Positions 51,781-62,756 of a stretch of 64,000 nucleotides of DNA are shown piece by piece (position 1 is the stretch's first letter; each line of letters starts with the position of its first letter). Made by a program: the position numbers and the translations under genes. Origin of the DNA: Escherichia coli (GTDB taxonomy: Bacteria > Pseudomonadota > Gammaproteobacteria > Enterobacterales > Enterobacteriaceae); NCBI RefSeq assembly GCF_003334765.1, contig NZ_QOWT01000014.1. One strand, given 5' to 3'. The notes beneath the pieces are model-generated. The model saw nothing but the letters and a program-made list of their open reading frames with translations. It made no database searches and was not told the origin of the DNA.

Positions 51781-52527
51781 ATGGCTGATTGGGTAACAGG
51801 CAAAGTCACTAAAGTGCAGAACTGGACCGACGCCCTGTTTAGTCTCACCGTTCACGCCCCCGTGCTTCCGTTTACCGCCGGGCAATTTACCAAGCTTGGC
51901 CTTGAAATCGACGGCGAACGCGTCCAGCGCGCCTACTCCTATGTAAACTCGCCCGATAATCCCGATCTGGAGTTTTACCTGGTCACCGTCCCCGATGGCA
52001 AATTAAGCCCACGACTGGCGGCACTGAAACCAGGCGATGAAGTGCAGGTGGTTAGCGAAGCGGCAGGATTCTTTGTGCTCGATGAAGTGCCGCACTGCGA
52101 AACGCTATGGATGCTGGCAACCGGTACAGCGATTGGCCCTTATTTATCGATTCTGCAACTAGGTAAAGATTTAGATCGCTTCAAAAATCTGGTCCTGGTG
52201 CACGCCGCACGTTATGCCGCCGACTTAAGCTATTTGCCACTGATGCAGGAACTGGAAAAACGCTACGAAGGAAAACTGCGCATTCAGACGGTGGTCAGTC
52301 GGGAAACGGCAGCGGGGTCGCTCACCGGACGGATACCGGCATTAATTGAAAGTGGGGAACTGGAAAGCACGATTGGCCTGCCGATGAATAAAGAAACCAG
52401 CCATGTGATGCTGTGCGGCAATCCACAGATGGTGCGCGATACACAACAGTTGCTGAAAGAGACCCGGCAGATGACGAAACATTTACGTCGCCGACCGGGC
52501 CATATGACAGCGGAGCATTACTGGTAA
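51781..52527 (+). CDS. fpr: ferredoxin/flavodoxin-NADP+ reductase
   Basis: 248 aa ORF with FAD-binding RAYSY and NADP-binding motifs and C-terminal ...AEHYW. Confidence 0.95.
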   Translation: MADWVTGKVTKVQNWTDALFSLTVHAPVLPFTAGQFTKLGLEIDGERVQRAYSYVNSPDNPDLEFYLVTVPDGKLSPRLAALKPGDEVQVVSEAAGFFVLDEVPHCETLWMLATGTAIGPYLSILQLGKDLDRFKNLVLVHAARYAADLSYLPLMQELEKRYEGKLRIQTVVSRETAAGSLTGRIPALIESGELESTIGLPMNKETSHVMLCGNPQMVRDTQQLLKETRQMTKHLRRRPGHMTAEHYW

Positions 52528-52531
52528 GCGG

Positions 52532-52960
52532 TTACTTATCGATAAACGGCACGATGAGCAAATCCGCACTCATCTTATTGATCATCCCGCGATATGCCGG
52601 CATCAAACGGTTGATAAATGAGTGATGATGACCACAGACAAGGAGGTCGCACTGCTCTTTTTGCATAATTTCCAGCAGTGTTTCCGGCATTTCTCCGCGT
52701 TCAATACGCAGTTTTGTCTTCGGCCATTGAATATTTTTCGTCAGTTTATACAGCTTGTTATCCGACTTATTCTTCAACAATTGAAGAATATCTTCTGTTG
52801 CAGGGAAGTAGATACCCGGATACAACTCGCTTAAGCCATCATCAATATGAATTAACGTCAGGTGAGCGTCATTATGTCTGGCGAGCTCCAGGGCTTTATT
52901 CACCAGTAAGGCATCTTCTTCATTCCCGGAAATTGCCACGCCAATGTGTTTATAAGCCAT
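52532..52960 (-). CDS. uspD: universal stress protein D
   Basis: 142 aa ORF recognised as UspD/YiiT ([41 protein letters not shown]...). Confidence 0.92.
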
Positions 52961-52986
52961 GTTTAACTCCTTCTAAAGCAACTCCA

Positions 52987-53286
52987 TCAAGCTAACGAAC
53001 GCAGTGATAACTCAAAAATAATCATCTCGGCCTGGCATGAGAAAGTGAAGGCCGCATCAAGCTCAACTTGCCCCTCCAGATCCTTAATCTTATAGGCCAC
53101 GCTGGCCCCTTCATCTGCAGAGGATGTAGCGGCGGCAAGCTCTTTCAGTTTGGTCATAAAAGACTCTGCTTCTTCGCGGGTGGCAAAAAAGCGCGAAAAC
53201 TTACTGGTACAGTTGTCGTTATCAATCACCGTACCGATATCAATCGCACATCCTTTAGTACTGCATTTATCTACGACATCTTTCAT
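52987..53286 (-). CDS. yiiS: small protein of unknown function (DUF406/UPF0381)
   Basis: 99 aa ORF; position and sequence match K-12 yiiS. Confidence 0.85.
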
Positions 53287-53497
53287 AGGGCACCTCTGTA
53301 TATTCGCCTCTCTGTCGATTACGACTTAAGAATAATGCGCCGTTAAGGGAAGAACAAACAAGTAATGATCTTATGGATTACCATTTTTTTTGATATTGCT
53401 TAAGGTGAAGAGTTCAGAAGGATTTTCCGGGTATTGTCATTTGCATCGTGGAAATAACAATCCCGGAAAAAAATAGCAGTAAGAGATATATTAAAGG

Positions 53498-53938
53498 TTA
53501 ATTACTTGATTTATTGTCGGCTTTATACTTCACATCCTGAGTATCTTTACCATATTTATTTTCGCCTTGTGTGCCAACAAACGCACCAAGATCGATAAGC
53601 ATCATCACCAGAATCAACGTCGGGACAAAACGCCCCACCGCCCATTGCCAGACACCCGGTAAAATCGCCCAGTTACCCGCCAGCAGCATCCACGCCACAA
53701 TCATCAGAAATGCCCATGCGCCGGAACGCCCGCGATCATGCAAGCGCTTAACAGTTACTGCCGCTGTTGGCCAGAGCAAGCACACAAGGCAAAACGCCGC
53801 GGTCTGAATATCGAGTAGATTCTTACCCGCCAGTGAGAAAAGCACCAGCATGCCTGCGAACCACAGGCCTATCCAAATCCAGAAATCACGGCGTCCAATA
53901 CGCCCTTTAAATGAGAATAACCATTGCTGTATGGTCAT
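53498..53938 (-). CDS. yiiR: inner-membrane protein of unknown function (DUF805)
   Basis: 146 aa ORF with three to four hydrophobic segments; matches K-12 yiiR. Confidence 0.85.
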   Translation of the reverse strand: MTIQQWLFSFKGRIGRRDFWIWIGLWFAGMLVLFSLAGKNLLDIQTAAFCLVCLLWPTAAVTVKRLHDRGRSGAWAFLMIVAWMLLAGNWAILPGVWQWAVGRFVPTLILVMMLIDLGAFVGTQGENKYGKDTQDVKYKADNKSSN

Positions 53939-54038
53939 GTAAGTTCCTTGATGGTTGTCTTTTCCAGGATTCTACCCTTTTGACAAGGGCGACAGATATC
54001 GTTTTAATCGGAGCCAGTCATAACAAAAGGTACTGTCA

Positions 54039-54638
54039 ATGAAGCCAGGGTGTACGCTGTTTTTTCTCTTATGTTCTGCATTAACCGTTACAACAGCGGC
54101 GCATGCACAAACACCAGATACGGCAACGACCGCGCCTTATCTGCTGGCTGGAGCCCCTACTTTCGATCTCTCCATCAGCCAGTTTCGAGAAGACTTTAAC
54201 AGCCAGAATCCCAGCCTGCCACTGAACGAATTTCGTGCCATCGACAGCAGTCCCGACAAAGCCAATCTCACTCGTGCTGCAAGTAAAATTAATGAGAACT
54301 TGTATGCTTCTACAGCGCTGGAGCGCGGTACCTTAAAAATCAAAAGCATTCAAATGACCTGGCTACCCATCCAGGGGCCAGAGCAAAAAGCCGCGAAAGC
54401 GAAAGCTCAGGAATACATGGCAGCGGTGATCCGCACACTCACCCCATTAATGACCAAAACACAAAGCCAGAAAAAACTGCAGTCGCTACTAACGGCGGGG
54501 AAAAACAAACGTTATTACACCGAGACAGAAGGTGCACTGCGTTATGTTGTCGCGGACAACGGCGAAAAGGGGCTGACCTTCGCTGTTGAACCGATTAAGC
54601 TGGCGCTATCTGAATCGCTTGAAGGTTTGAATAAATGA
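54039..54638 (+). CDS. yiiQ: secreted protein of unknown function (DUF1454)
   Basis: 199 aa ORF with signal peptide (MKPGCTLFFLLCSALTVTTAAHA); matches K-12 yiiQ. Confidence 0.85.
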   Translation: MKPGCTLFFLLCSALTVTTAAHAQTPDTATTAPYLLAGAPTFDLSISQFREDFNSQNPSLPLNEFRAIDSSPDKANLTRAASKINENLYASTALERGTLKIKSIQMTWLPIQGPEQKAAKAKAQEYMAAVIRTLTPLMTKTQSQKKLQSLLTAGKNKRYYTETEGALRYVVADNGEKGLTFAVEPIKLALSESLEGLNK

Positions 54639-54745
54639 CAAAAAGCAAAGCCTTTGTGCCGATGAATCTCTATACTGTTTCACAGACCTGCTGCCCTGCG
54701 GGGCGGCCATCTTCCTTTATTCGCTTATAAGCGTGGAGAATTAAA

Positions 54746-55513
54746 ATGCGACATCCTTTAGTGATGGGTAACTGGAAACTGAACGGCAGCCGCCACATGG
54801 TTCACGAGCTGGTTTCTAACCTGCGTAAAGAGCTGGCAGGTGTTGCTGGCTGTGCGGTTGCAATCGCACCACCGGAAATGTATATCGATATGGCGAAGCG
54901 CGAAGCTGAAGGCAGCCACATCATGCTGGGTGCGCAAAACGTGGACCTGAACCTGTCCGGCGCATTCACCGGTGAAACCTCTGCTGCTATGCTGAAAGAC
55001 ATCGGCGCACAGTACATCATCATCGGTCACTCTGAACGTCGTACTTACCACAAAGAATCTGACGAACTGATCGCGAAAAAATTCGCGGTGCTGAAAGAGC
55101 AGGGCCTGACTCCGGTTCTGTGCATCGGTGAAACCGAAGCTGAAAATGAAGCGGGCAAAACTGAAGAAGTTTGCGCACGTCAGATCGACGCGGTACTGAA
55201 AACTCAGGGTGCTGCGGCATTCGAAGGTGCGGTTATCGCTTACGAACCTGTATGGGCAATCGGTACTGGCAAATCTGCAACTCCGGCTCAGGCACAGGCT
55301 GTTCACAAATTCATCCGTGACCACATCGCTAAAGTTGACGCTAACATCGCTGAACAAGTGATCATTCAGTACGGCGGCTCTGTAAACGCGTCTAACGCTG
55401 CAGAACTGTTTGCTCAGCCGGATATCGACGGCGCGCTGGTTGGTGGTGCTTCTCTGAAAGCTGACGCCTTCGCAGTAATCGTTAAAGCTGCAGAAGCGGC
55501 TAAACAGGCTTAA
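54746..55513 (+). CDS. tpiA: triosephosphate isomerase
   Basis: 255 aa ORF with the TIM active-site region ([18 protein letters not shown]). Confidence 0.97.
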
Positions 55514-55567
55514 GTCTGACAGGTGCCGGATTTCATATCCGGCACTTACTTTCCTTAACTCTTCGCC

Positions 55568-56323
55568 TTAACGCAAAATCTCACACTGATGATCCTGAAT
55601 TTCCTCGGCTGAAGCACGGTTAAGCGTCAGTAGATTTCGTTGTGTCGCCAGCAATACAAATGAGTTATCACTCTGCCGTACCATCGCCAGCCCGTAGCGT
55701 CCCATATGTTCCCGCGCCTCAGGTACTTCTTCTGCCAGCATCATAAATGGGCTGCGTTGTACCAGTTCGCTTTCCGTTACCCGACGCGCCAGGTATTCAT
55801 GCCCGCGCAAACCACCTGGCAGTGGCAACCAGCGGCTGCTGATGTTCGCCAGATTGTTATCCAGCTGTTTGCGCACATCAGGACGAATACAAGAGATATG
55901 AATATGAAAATGGTTTTGCGTACGCCCGGTGCGGGAGTTGATCGCCAAAGAAACCGCGCGATCGGGAACCGGCTGGCCGTATTTTTTGCTCATAAAATCA
56001 CGCGCCTGCCAAGCCAACCAAAAGAAGTTCGGCGTTGAAGGATCGGTCAACAAAGGACTTTCAGTACCGTTAATACGATACGTTGGCATCAACAGATATT
56101 GCAGTGGGCCATTAAGATCTTTTAAAACCACGTATCCGGCATTGGGTTTGACTTCCGCACATGGCGAAGGATTTTGATTTTGCTGCTGATTGGGCAAACA
56201 TTCCTCAAGGACAATCTTACGTAATGTATCCGACTCTTCACCGGTTAATTTCCAGTAACCAATACCGGCAGCCACAACGGCGATAACTATCATCACCAAA
56301 AAAAGAAGACCCGCTTTTTTCAT
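55568..56323 (-). CDS. cdh: CDP-diacylglycerol pyrophosphatase
   Basis: Start at [24 protein letters not shown] gives 251 aa with a single N-terminal TM anchor; the ORF-track extension to 56515 is spurious. Confidence 0.9.
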
Positions 56324-56375
56324 CTTTTTTTCCCTGTACCTCAAAGAGATGCAAGGGTAACGCAAAATCGTGACA

Positions 56376-56408
56376 AATAAAAAACCCGGTCGCGAGAAAC
56401 CACCGGGT
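56376..56408 (-). terminator. intrinsic terminator downstream of sbp
   Basis: Minus strand reads AAACCCGGTGGTTTCTCGCGACCGGGTTTTTTATT: hairpin plus T-tract. Confidence 0.75.
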
Positions 56409-56429
56409 TTGATAATTATCCTGGGGAAA

Positions 56430-57419
56430 TCAGCGTTTGCTGATCTGATCGAACGTACCGCCGTTAGCAAAATGCTCTTTTTGCGCTTTCGTCCAGCCGC
56501 CGAACTCTTCATCAATGGTGAATAACTTCAGCTTTGGAAACGCATTTTCGTACTTTTTCGCCACCTCAGCGTCGCGCGGACGGTAGTAGTTTTTCGCGGC
56601 AATTTCCTGACCTTCTGGCGAGTAGAGATATTTCAGGTAGGCTTCCGCCACCTCTTTAGTACCTTTTTTCTCGACCACTTTATCGACCACCGACACGGTT
56701 GGCTCTGCGAGGATAGACTCACTCGGCGTGACGATTTCGAATTTATCTTTCCCCAGTTCATTCGCTGCCAGCAGAGCTTCGTTTTCCCAGGCAATCAGTA
56801 CATCGCCAATTCCGCGCTCGACAAAAGTGTTAGTGGAGCCACGCGCGCCAGAATCCAGAACTTCGACGTTTTTATACAGTGCCCGAACAAAATCCTGTGC
56901 TTTTGCCTGATCGTTGTTGTTGTGATGCAGCGCGTAGCCCCAGGCTGCCAGGTAGTTCCAGCGCGCGCCACCAGAGCTTTTCGGATTAGGCGTGATCACC
57001 GAAACACCCGGTTTAATCAGATCGTTCCAGTCATGGATCTGCTTCGGATTTCCCTTACGTACCAGGAAAACAATGGTGGAAGTGTACGGTGCGGAGTTAT
57101 CCGGCAGACGTTTGATCCACTCTTTATCAATCCGCCCGCGTTCCGCAATTGCGTCCACGTCATAGGCCAGAGCCAGCGTGACAACATCAGCTTCAATACC
57201 GTTGATTACCGACGTCGCTTGTTTACCTGAGCCACCGTGTGACTGACGAATCACCACGTTATCACCAGTTTGCTGTTTCCAGTGGGCGCTGAATGCCTTG
57301 TTGTACTGTTCGTACAATTCGCGCGTTGGATCATATGAAACGTTAAGAAGCTGAATATCCTTTGCCATAACGCTGGTTGCCGCCAGCAAAAATGTTAACC
57401 CTACGCCCCACTTGTTCAT
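56430..57419 (-). CDS. sbp: periplasmic sulfate-binding protein
   Basis: 329 aa ORF with signal peptide ([19 protein letters not shown]); recognised as Sbp. Confidence 0.95.
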
Positions 57420-57583
57420 CGCCCGACTCTCTTATGTTGTGTTGTGATGAGCAAAGCGTGCCAGAAGGTTAACCAAACATTAAAGAATAAAAAAAGATTG
57501 GCTATAACTTGCGGGTATATGTTGAGGGATTAAAAAGGCGGAAGAAATCCGCCTCATATTGCTGACAAAGTGCGCTTTGTCCA

Positions 57584-57683
57584 TGCCGGATGCGGCGCGA
57601 ACGCCTTATCCGGCCTACAAAAGTTTGCAAATTCAATAAATTGCAGAATTCATGTAGGCCTGATAAGCGAAGCGCATCAGGCA
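57584..57683. repeat. RIP-type BIME (third copy in window, opposite orientation)
   Basis: TGCCGGATGCGGCGCGAACGCCTTATCCGGCCTACAA - AAGTTTGCAAATTCAATAAATTGCAGAATTCATG - TAGGCCTGATAAGCGAAGCGCATCAGGCA. Confidence 0.85.
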
Positions 57684-57738
57684 TTTTTGCTTCTGTCATC
57701 GGTTTCAGGGTAAAGGAATCTGCCTTTTTCCGAAATCA

Positions 57739-58701
57739 TTAATACAGTTTTTTCGCGCAGTCCAGCCAGTCACCTTTGAACGGACGCTTCATGTTTTCGA
57801 TAGCGTCGATGATGTCGTGGTGAACCAGCTGTTCGTTCTGGATACCTACACAACGACCGCCGTAACCTGCCAGCAGCAGATCGATAGCGTAAGCGCCCAT
57901 ACGGGAAGCCAGAATACGGTCGTAAGGCACCGGAGAACCACCGCGCTGGATGTGGCCCAGCACAGTTGCGCGGGTTTCACGACCGGTTTCTTTCTCGATG
58001 AAATGCGCCAGTTCGTCAACATCACACATATGTTCGGTAATCGCCACGATCGCGTGTTTTTTACCTTTCGCGATACCCGCTTTGATTTCGTTTACCAGGT
58101 CTTCACGGCTGAATTCAACTTCCGGAACCACAACGAATTCACAGCCACCGGCAATGGCCGCAGCCAACGTCAGATCTCCACAATAACGGCCCATCACTTC
58201 CACCACGGAAATACGCTGGTGAGAAGAAGAGGTGTCACGCAGACGGTCGATCGCTTCTACAACGGTGCTCAGCGCAGTGAAGAAACCGATAGTGTAGTCA
58301 GTGCCTTTGATGTCGTTGTCGATAGTGCCCGGCAGACCGATGCACGGGAAGCCCATTTCGGTCAGACGCATTGCACCCATGTAGGAACCGTCACCGCCGA
58401 TAACCACCAGCGCGTCGATACCACGTTTTTTCAGGTTTTCGATAGCCACGGCGCGGATGTTCTCGTCGCGGAATTCCGGGAAACGCGCAGAACCGAGGAA
58501 CGTACCGCCACGGTTGATCATGTCAGACACGCTGTAACGGTCTAGCTGTACCATACGGTCTTCATACAGACCCAGATAGCCGTCATAAATACCCATTACT
58601 TCCAGACCTTCTGTCAGCGCAGAACGAACAACCCCGCGAATTGCGGCGTTCATGCCTGGCGCATCACCGCCGCTTGTCAACACACCGATTTTCTTAATCA
58701 T
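57739..58701 (-). CDS. pfkA: ATP-dependent 6-phosphofructokinase I
   Basis: Start at [23 protein letters not shown] gives 320 aa; the ORF-track 5' extension is spurious. Confidence 0.95.
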
Positions 58702-58881
58702 GACTACCTCTGAACTTTGGAATGCAAAATGAAATCTGTTGCCGGAAGTCTTCTTGCACATCGAAGTGATCCAACGAATGTGCAAATAGTATAACAATCA
58801 CTTCCTGCTGAATTGATTCAGGTCAGGCCAAATGGCGGTATTTTATACACAAAATGCGGGTCTGGCTCTCTTTTATACTGA

Positions 58882-59784
58882 TTATGAAAGCATAGACCGT
58901 TTACCCTCCCTGGGTACGACGGAACAGGGGTCCTGATGGATAATTACATCCGATCCCGGAAAACGCCGTAAAATAGCCTGCTCTACCTGATCCGCCACCA
59001 TATGTGCCTGAACCAAAGGCAGAGAGTCTTCCATTTCCAAATGAATCTGAATAAAGCGGGTCGGCCCTGACTGCCGCGTGCGAAGATCGTGAGCGCCGCT
59101 AACACCCGGCCAGGAAGTCACGATATCAATAATTTCTTGCCGTTCCTCATCAGGCAATGCGCGATCCAGTAATGACTGTACCGCCTCATATCCCATGCGT
59201 AACGCGCTATATAAAATATAGATGCCGATTCCCAATGCAAACAGAGCATCGGCGCGATGCCAGCCGTACCAGGACAACCCCAGCGCCAGCAGAATTGCGC
59301 CGTTCATCATAACATCAGACTGGTAATGTAGCATATCAGCCCGCACCGCCTGGCTTTGCGTCCGCCGCACCACCCAACGCTGAAACGAGACAAGGATAAT
59401 CGTACAAATTAGCGCCACAATTGTCACGATAACCCCGACGCCTGGATCTGTCATCGGTGTTGGAGATATCAGATGTTGAATACCCGTCAAAAACAGGAAT
59501 AGTGCCGAACCGGAGATAAACATACTTTGCGCCAGCGCCGCGAGGGACTCAGCTTTACCGTGACCAAACGAGTGATTATCGTCGGCAGGTTGCAGGGAAT
59601 ATCGCACCACCAATAAATTCGTCAACGACGCGCCGATATCCACCAGCGAATCCACCAGCGCGGCGAGAATACTCACCGACCCGGTATACCACCATGCAAA
59701 AATTTTAATCAGCAATAGCAGCGAAGCCATCGCCGTCGCAGCAATCGCCGCCCGACTGACCAGCCGTCCATAAGATTGATTCAT
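58882..59784 (-). CDS. fieF: cation diffusion facilitator (Zn/Fe/Cd efflux)
   Basis: Start at [38 protein letters not shown] gives 300 aa; CDF-family six-TM domain plus cytoplasmic domain. Confidence 0.93.
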
Positions 59785-59865
59785 AAATACTCCCGCTATC
59801 AACTGACGCTAGTATAACGGAAGCAAATCATCTGCAATGCATTAAGCAGCAGGCAAATTGAGGAT

Positions 59866-59892
59866 AAAAAAAACCCCCACAGCATGTGGGGG
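59866..59892 (-). terminator. intrinsic terminator downstream of cpxP
   Basis: Minus strand reads CCCCCACATGCTGTGGGGG followed by TTTTTTTT. Confidence 0.8.
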
Positions 59893-59932
59893 AAGACAGG
59901 GATGGTGTCTATGGCAAGGAAAACAGGGTTTA

Positions 59933-60433
59933 CTACTGGGAACGTGAGTTGCTACTACTCAATAGCTTCAACGATGAACTTTTTTGCCATTGCGTCACGT
60001 CACGCAACTGCTCCATTCGTTGTTGATGTTTCTCGTTTAAAACCGCTTGCTGCTCCGGCGTTAACAGGCGATACATTTGGTTGCGGACTTTTGCCATCTC
60101 AACCTGACGAGCAATTTGCTCATTCGCCATTTTTTCTGCCTGTGCGCGCACAGCGTTTTCATCAAAATTTTCTGCGGTGACAAGGCGATGCATTGTCTCC
60201 AGTTCGCTAACATTAACAGGAGGCTGTTCGTGCCGGGCCTGTTGCATAAGATCTCGCATCTGCTGACGCTGATGTTCGGTTAAACTTATGCCGTCGAACA
60301 TATGGCTCTGCGTACTGCGCTGCGTAAGTTCTTCACCCGGATGCCAGTTATCGCCTGAACCGACTTCAGCAGCGTGGCTTAATGAACTGACTGCCAGCGT
60401 TGAGGCCATGACGGCAGCGGTAACTATGCGCAT
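59933..60433 (-). CDS. cpxP: periplasmic Cpx pathway inhibitor/adaptor
   Basis: Start at [21 protein letters not shown] gives 166 aa; two LTxxQ motifs ([16 protein letters not shown]). Confidence 0.93.
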
Positions 60434-60512
60434 CATTTGCTCCCAAAATCTTTCTGTCGCGATTCAACGATAGAGAGTTTACGATTCAGGCTGCAAACAT
60501 GCGTCAGGGGGT

Positions 60513-60527
60513 GTAAAACAACGTAAA
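60513..60527. promoter_or_regulatory. CpxR-P binding box (GTAAA-N5-GTAAA) in the cpxP / cpxRA divergent region
   Basis: GTAAAACAACGTAAA is an exact match to the direct-repeat consensus, between the divergent cpxP and cpxR starts. Confidence 0.8.
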
Positions 60528-60582
60528 GTCATGGATTAGCGACGTCTGATGACGTAATTTCTGCCTCGGAGGTATTTAAACA

Positions 60583-61281
60583 ATGAATAAAATCCTGTTA
60601 GTTGATGATGACCGAGAGCTGACTTCCCTATTAAAGGAGCTGCTCGAGATGGAAGGCTTCAACGTGATTGTTGCCCACGATGGGGAACAGGCGCTTGATC
60701 TTCTGGACGACAGCATTGATTTACTTTTGCTTGACGTAATGATGCCGAAGAAAAATGGTATCGACACATTAAAAGCACTTCGCCAGACACACCAGACGCC
60801 TGTCATTATGTTGACGGCGCGCGGCAGTGAACTTGATCGCGTTCTCGGCCTTGAGCTGGGCGCAGATGACTATCTCCCGAAACCGTTTAATGATCGTGAG
60901 CTGGTGGCACGTATTCGCGCGATCCTGCGCCGTTCGCACTGGAGCGAGCAACAGCAAAACAACGACAACGGTTCACCGACACTGGAAGTTGATGCCTTAG
61001 TGCTGAATCCAGGCCGTCAGGAAGCCAGCTTCGACGGGCAAACGCTGGAGTTAACCGGTACTGAGTTTACCCTGCTCTATTTGCTGGCACAGCATCTGGG
61101 TCAGGTGGTTTCCCGTGAACATTTAAGCCAGGAAGTGTTGGGCAAACGCCTGACGCCTTTCGACCGCGCTATTGATATGCACATTTCCAACCTGCGTCGT
61201 AAACTGCCGGATCGTAAAGATGGTCACCCGTGGTTTAAAACCTTGCGTGGTCGCGGCTATCTGATGGTTTCTGCTTCATGA
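60583..61281 (+). CDS. cpxR: OmpR-family envelope stress response regulator
   Basis: 232 aa ORF with receiver Asp (LLLLDVMMP) and winged-helix output domain. Confidence 0.97.
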   Translation: MNKILLVDDDRELTSLLKELLEMEGFNVIVAHDGEQALDLLDDSIDLLLLDVMMPKKNGIDTLKALRQTHQTPVIMLTARGSELDRVLGLELGADDYLPKPFNDRELVARIRAILRRSHWSEQQQNNDNGSPTLEVDALVLNPGRQEASFDGQTLELTGTEFTLLYLLAQHLGQVVSREHLSQEVLGKRLTPFDRAIDMHISNLRRKLPDRKDGHPWFKTLRGRGYLMVSAS

Positions 61282-62651
61282 TAGGCAGCTTAACCGCGCG
61301 CATCTTCGCCATCTTCTGGCTGACGCTGGCGCTGGTGTTGATGTTGGTTTTGATGTTACCCAAGCTCGATTCACGCCAGATGACCGAGCTTCTGGATAGC
61401 GAACAGCGTCAGGGGCTGATGATTGAGCAGCATGTCGAAGCGGAGCTGGCGAACGATCCGCCCAACGATTTAATGTGGTGGCGGCGTCTGTTCCGGGCGA
61501 TTGATAAGTGGGCACCGCCAGGACAGCGTTTGTTATTGGTGACCACCGAAGGCCGCGTGATCGGCGCTGAACGCAGCGAAATGCAGATCATTCGTAACTT
61601 TATTGGTCAGGCCGATAACGCCGATCATCCGCAGAAGAAAAAGTATGGCCGCGTGGAACTGGTCGGTCCGTTCTCCGTGCGTGATGGCGAAGATAATTAC
61701 CAACTTTATCTGATTCGTCCGGCCAGCAGTTCTCAATCCGATTTCATTAACTTACTGTTTGACCGCCCGCTATTACTGCTGATTGTCACCATGTTGGTCA
61801 GTACGCCGCTGCTGTTGTGGTTGGCCTGGAGTCTGGCAAAACCGGCGCGTAAGCTGAAAAACGCTGCCGATGAAGTTGCCCAGGGAAACTTACGCCAGCA
61901 CCCGGAACTGGAAGCGGGGCCACAGGAATTCCTTGCCGCAGGTGCCAGTTTTAACCAGATGGTCACCGCGCTGGAGCGCATGATGACCTCTCAGCAGCGT
62001 CTGCTTTCTGATATCTCTCACGAGCTGCGCACCCCGCTGACGCGTCTGCAACTGGGTACGGCGTTACTGCGCCGTCGTAGCGGTGAAAGCAAGGAACTGG
62101 AGCGTATTGAAACCGAAGCGCAACGTCTGGACAGCATGATCAACGATCTGTTGGTGATGTCACGTAATCAGCAAAAAAACGCGCTGGTTAGCGAAACCAT
62201 CAAAGCCAACCAGTTGTGGAGTGAAGTGCTGGATAACGCGGCGTTCGAAGCCGAGCAAATGGGCAAGTCGTTGACAGTTAACTTCCCGCCTGGGCCGTGG
62301 CCGCTGTACGGCAATCCGAACGCCCTGGAAAGTGCGCTGGAAAACATTGTTCGTAATGCTCTGCGTTATTCCCATACGAAGATTGAAGTGGGCTTTGCGG
62401 TAGATAAAGACGGTATCACCATTACGGTGGACGACGATGGTCCTGGCGTTAGCCCGGAAGATCGCGAACAGATTTTCCGTCCGTTCTATCGTACCGATGA
62501 AGCACGCGATCGTGAATCTGGCGGTACAGGTTTGGGGCTGGCGATTGTTGAAACCGCCATTCAGCAGCATCGTGGCTGGGTGAAGGCAGAAGACAGCCCG
62601 CTGGGCGGTTTACGGCTGGTGATTTGGTTGCCGCTGTATAAGCGGAGTTAA
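61278..62651 (+). CDS. cpxA: envelope stress sensor histidine kinase
   Basis: 457 aa ORF with two TM segments, HAMP, H-box (SHELRTPLTRL) and G-boxes; ATGA overlap with the cpxR stop. Confidence 0.97.
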   Translation: MIGSLTARIFAIFWLTLALVLMLVLMLPKLDSRQMTELLDSEQRQGLMIEQHVEAELANDPPNDLMWWRRLFRAIDKWAPPGQRLLLVTTEGRVIGAERSEMQIIRNFIGQADNADHPQKKKYGRVELVGPFSVRDGEDNYQLYLIRPASSSQSDFINLLFDRPLLLLIVTMLVSTPLLLWLAWSLAKPARKLKNAADEVAQGNLRQHPELEAGPQEFLAAGASFNQMVTALERMMTSQQRLLSDISHELRTPLTRLQLGTALLRRRSGESKELERIETEAQRLDSMINDLLVMSRNQQKNALVSETIKANQLWSEVLDNAAFEAEQMGKSLTVNFPPGPWPLYGNPNALESALENIVRNALRYSHTKIEVGFAVDKDGITITVDDDGPGVSPEDREQIFRPFYRTDEARDRESGGTGLGLAIVETAIQQHRGWVKAEDSPLGGLRLVIWLPLYKRS

Positions 62652-62662
62652 ACTTCGCATTT

Positions 62663-62747
62663 GCAGGCAGGATAAGGCGTTTACGCCGCATCCGGCATTT
62701 GAGCAGGATGCCTGATGCGACGCTGATAGCGTCTTATCAGGCCTACA
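62663..62747. repeat. REP pair (BIME) downstream of cpxA
   Basis: GCAGGCAGGATAAGGCGTTTACGCCGCATCCGGCA and inverted GCCTGATGCGACGCTGATAGCGTCTTATCAGGCCTACA. Confidence 0.85.
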
Positions 62748-62756
62748 CTCCGGGGG

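Noticed and set aside
54758-55357. 199 aa minus-strand ORF
   Set aside because: Antisense to tpiA; shadow ORF.
57817-58545. 242 aa plus-strand ORF
   Set aside because: Antisense to pfkA; the Arg/Thr/His-rich translation indicates a shadow ORF.
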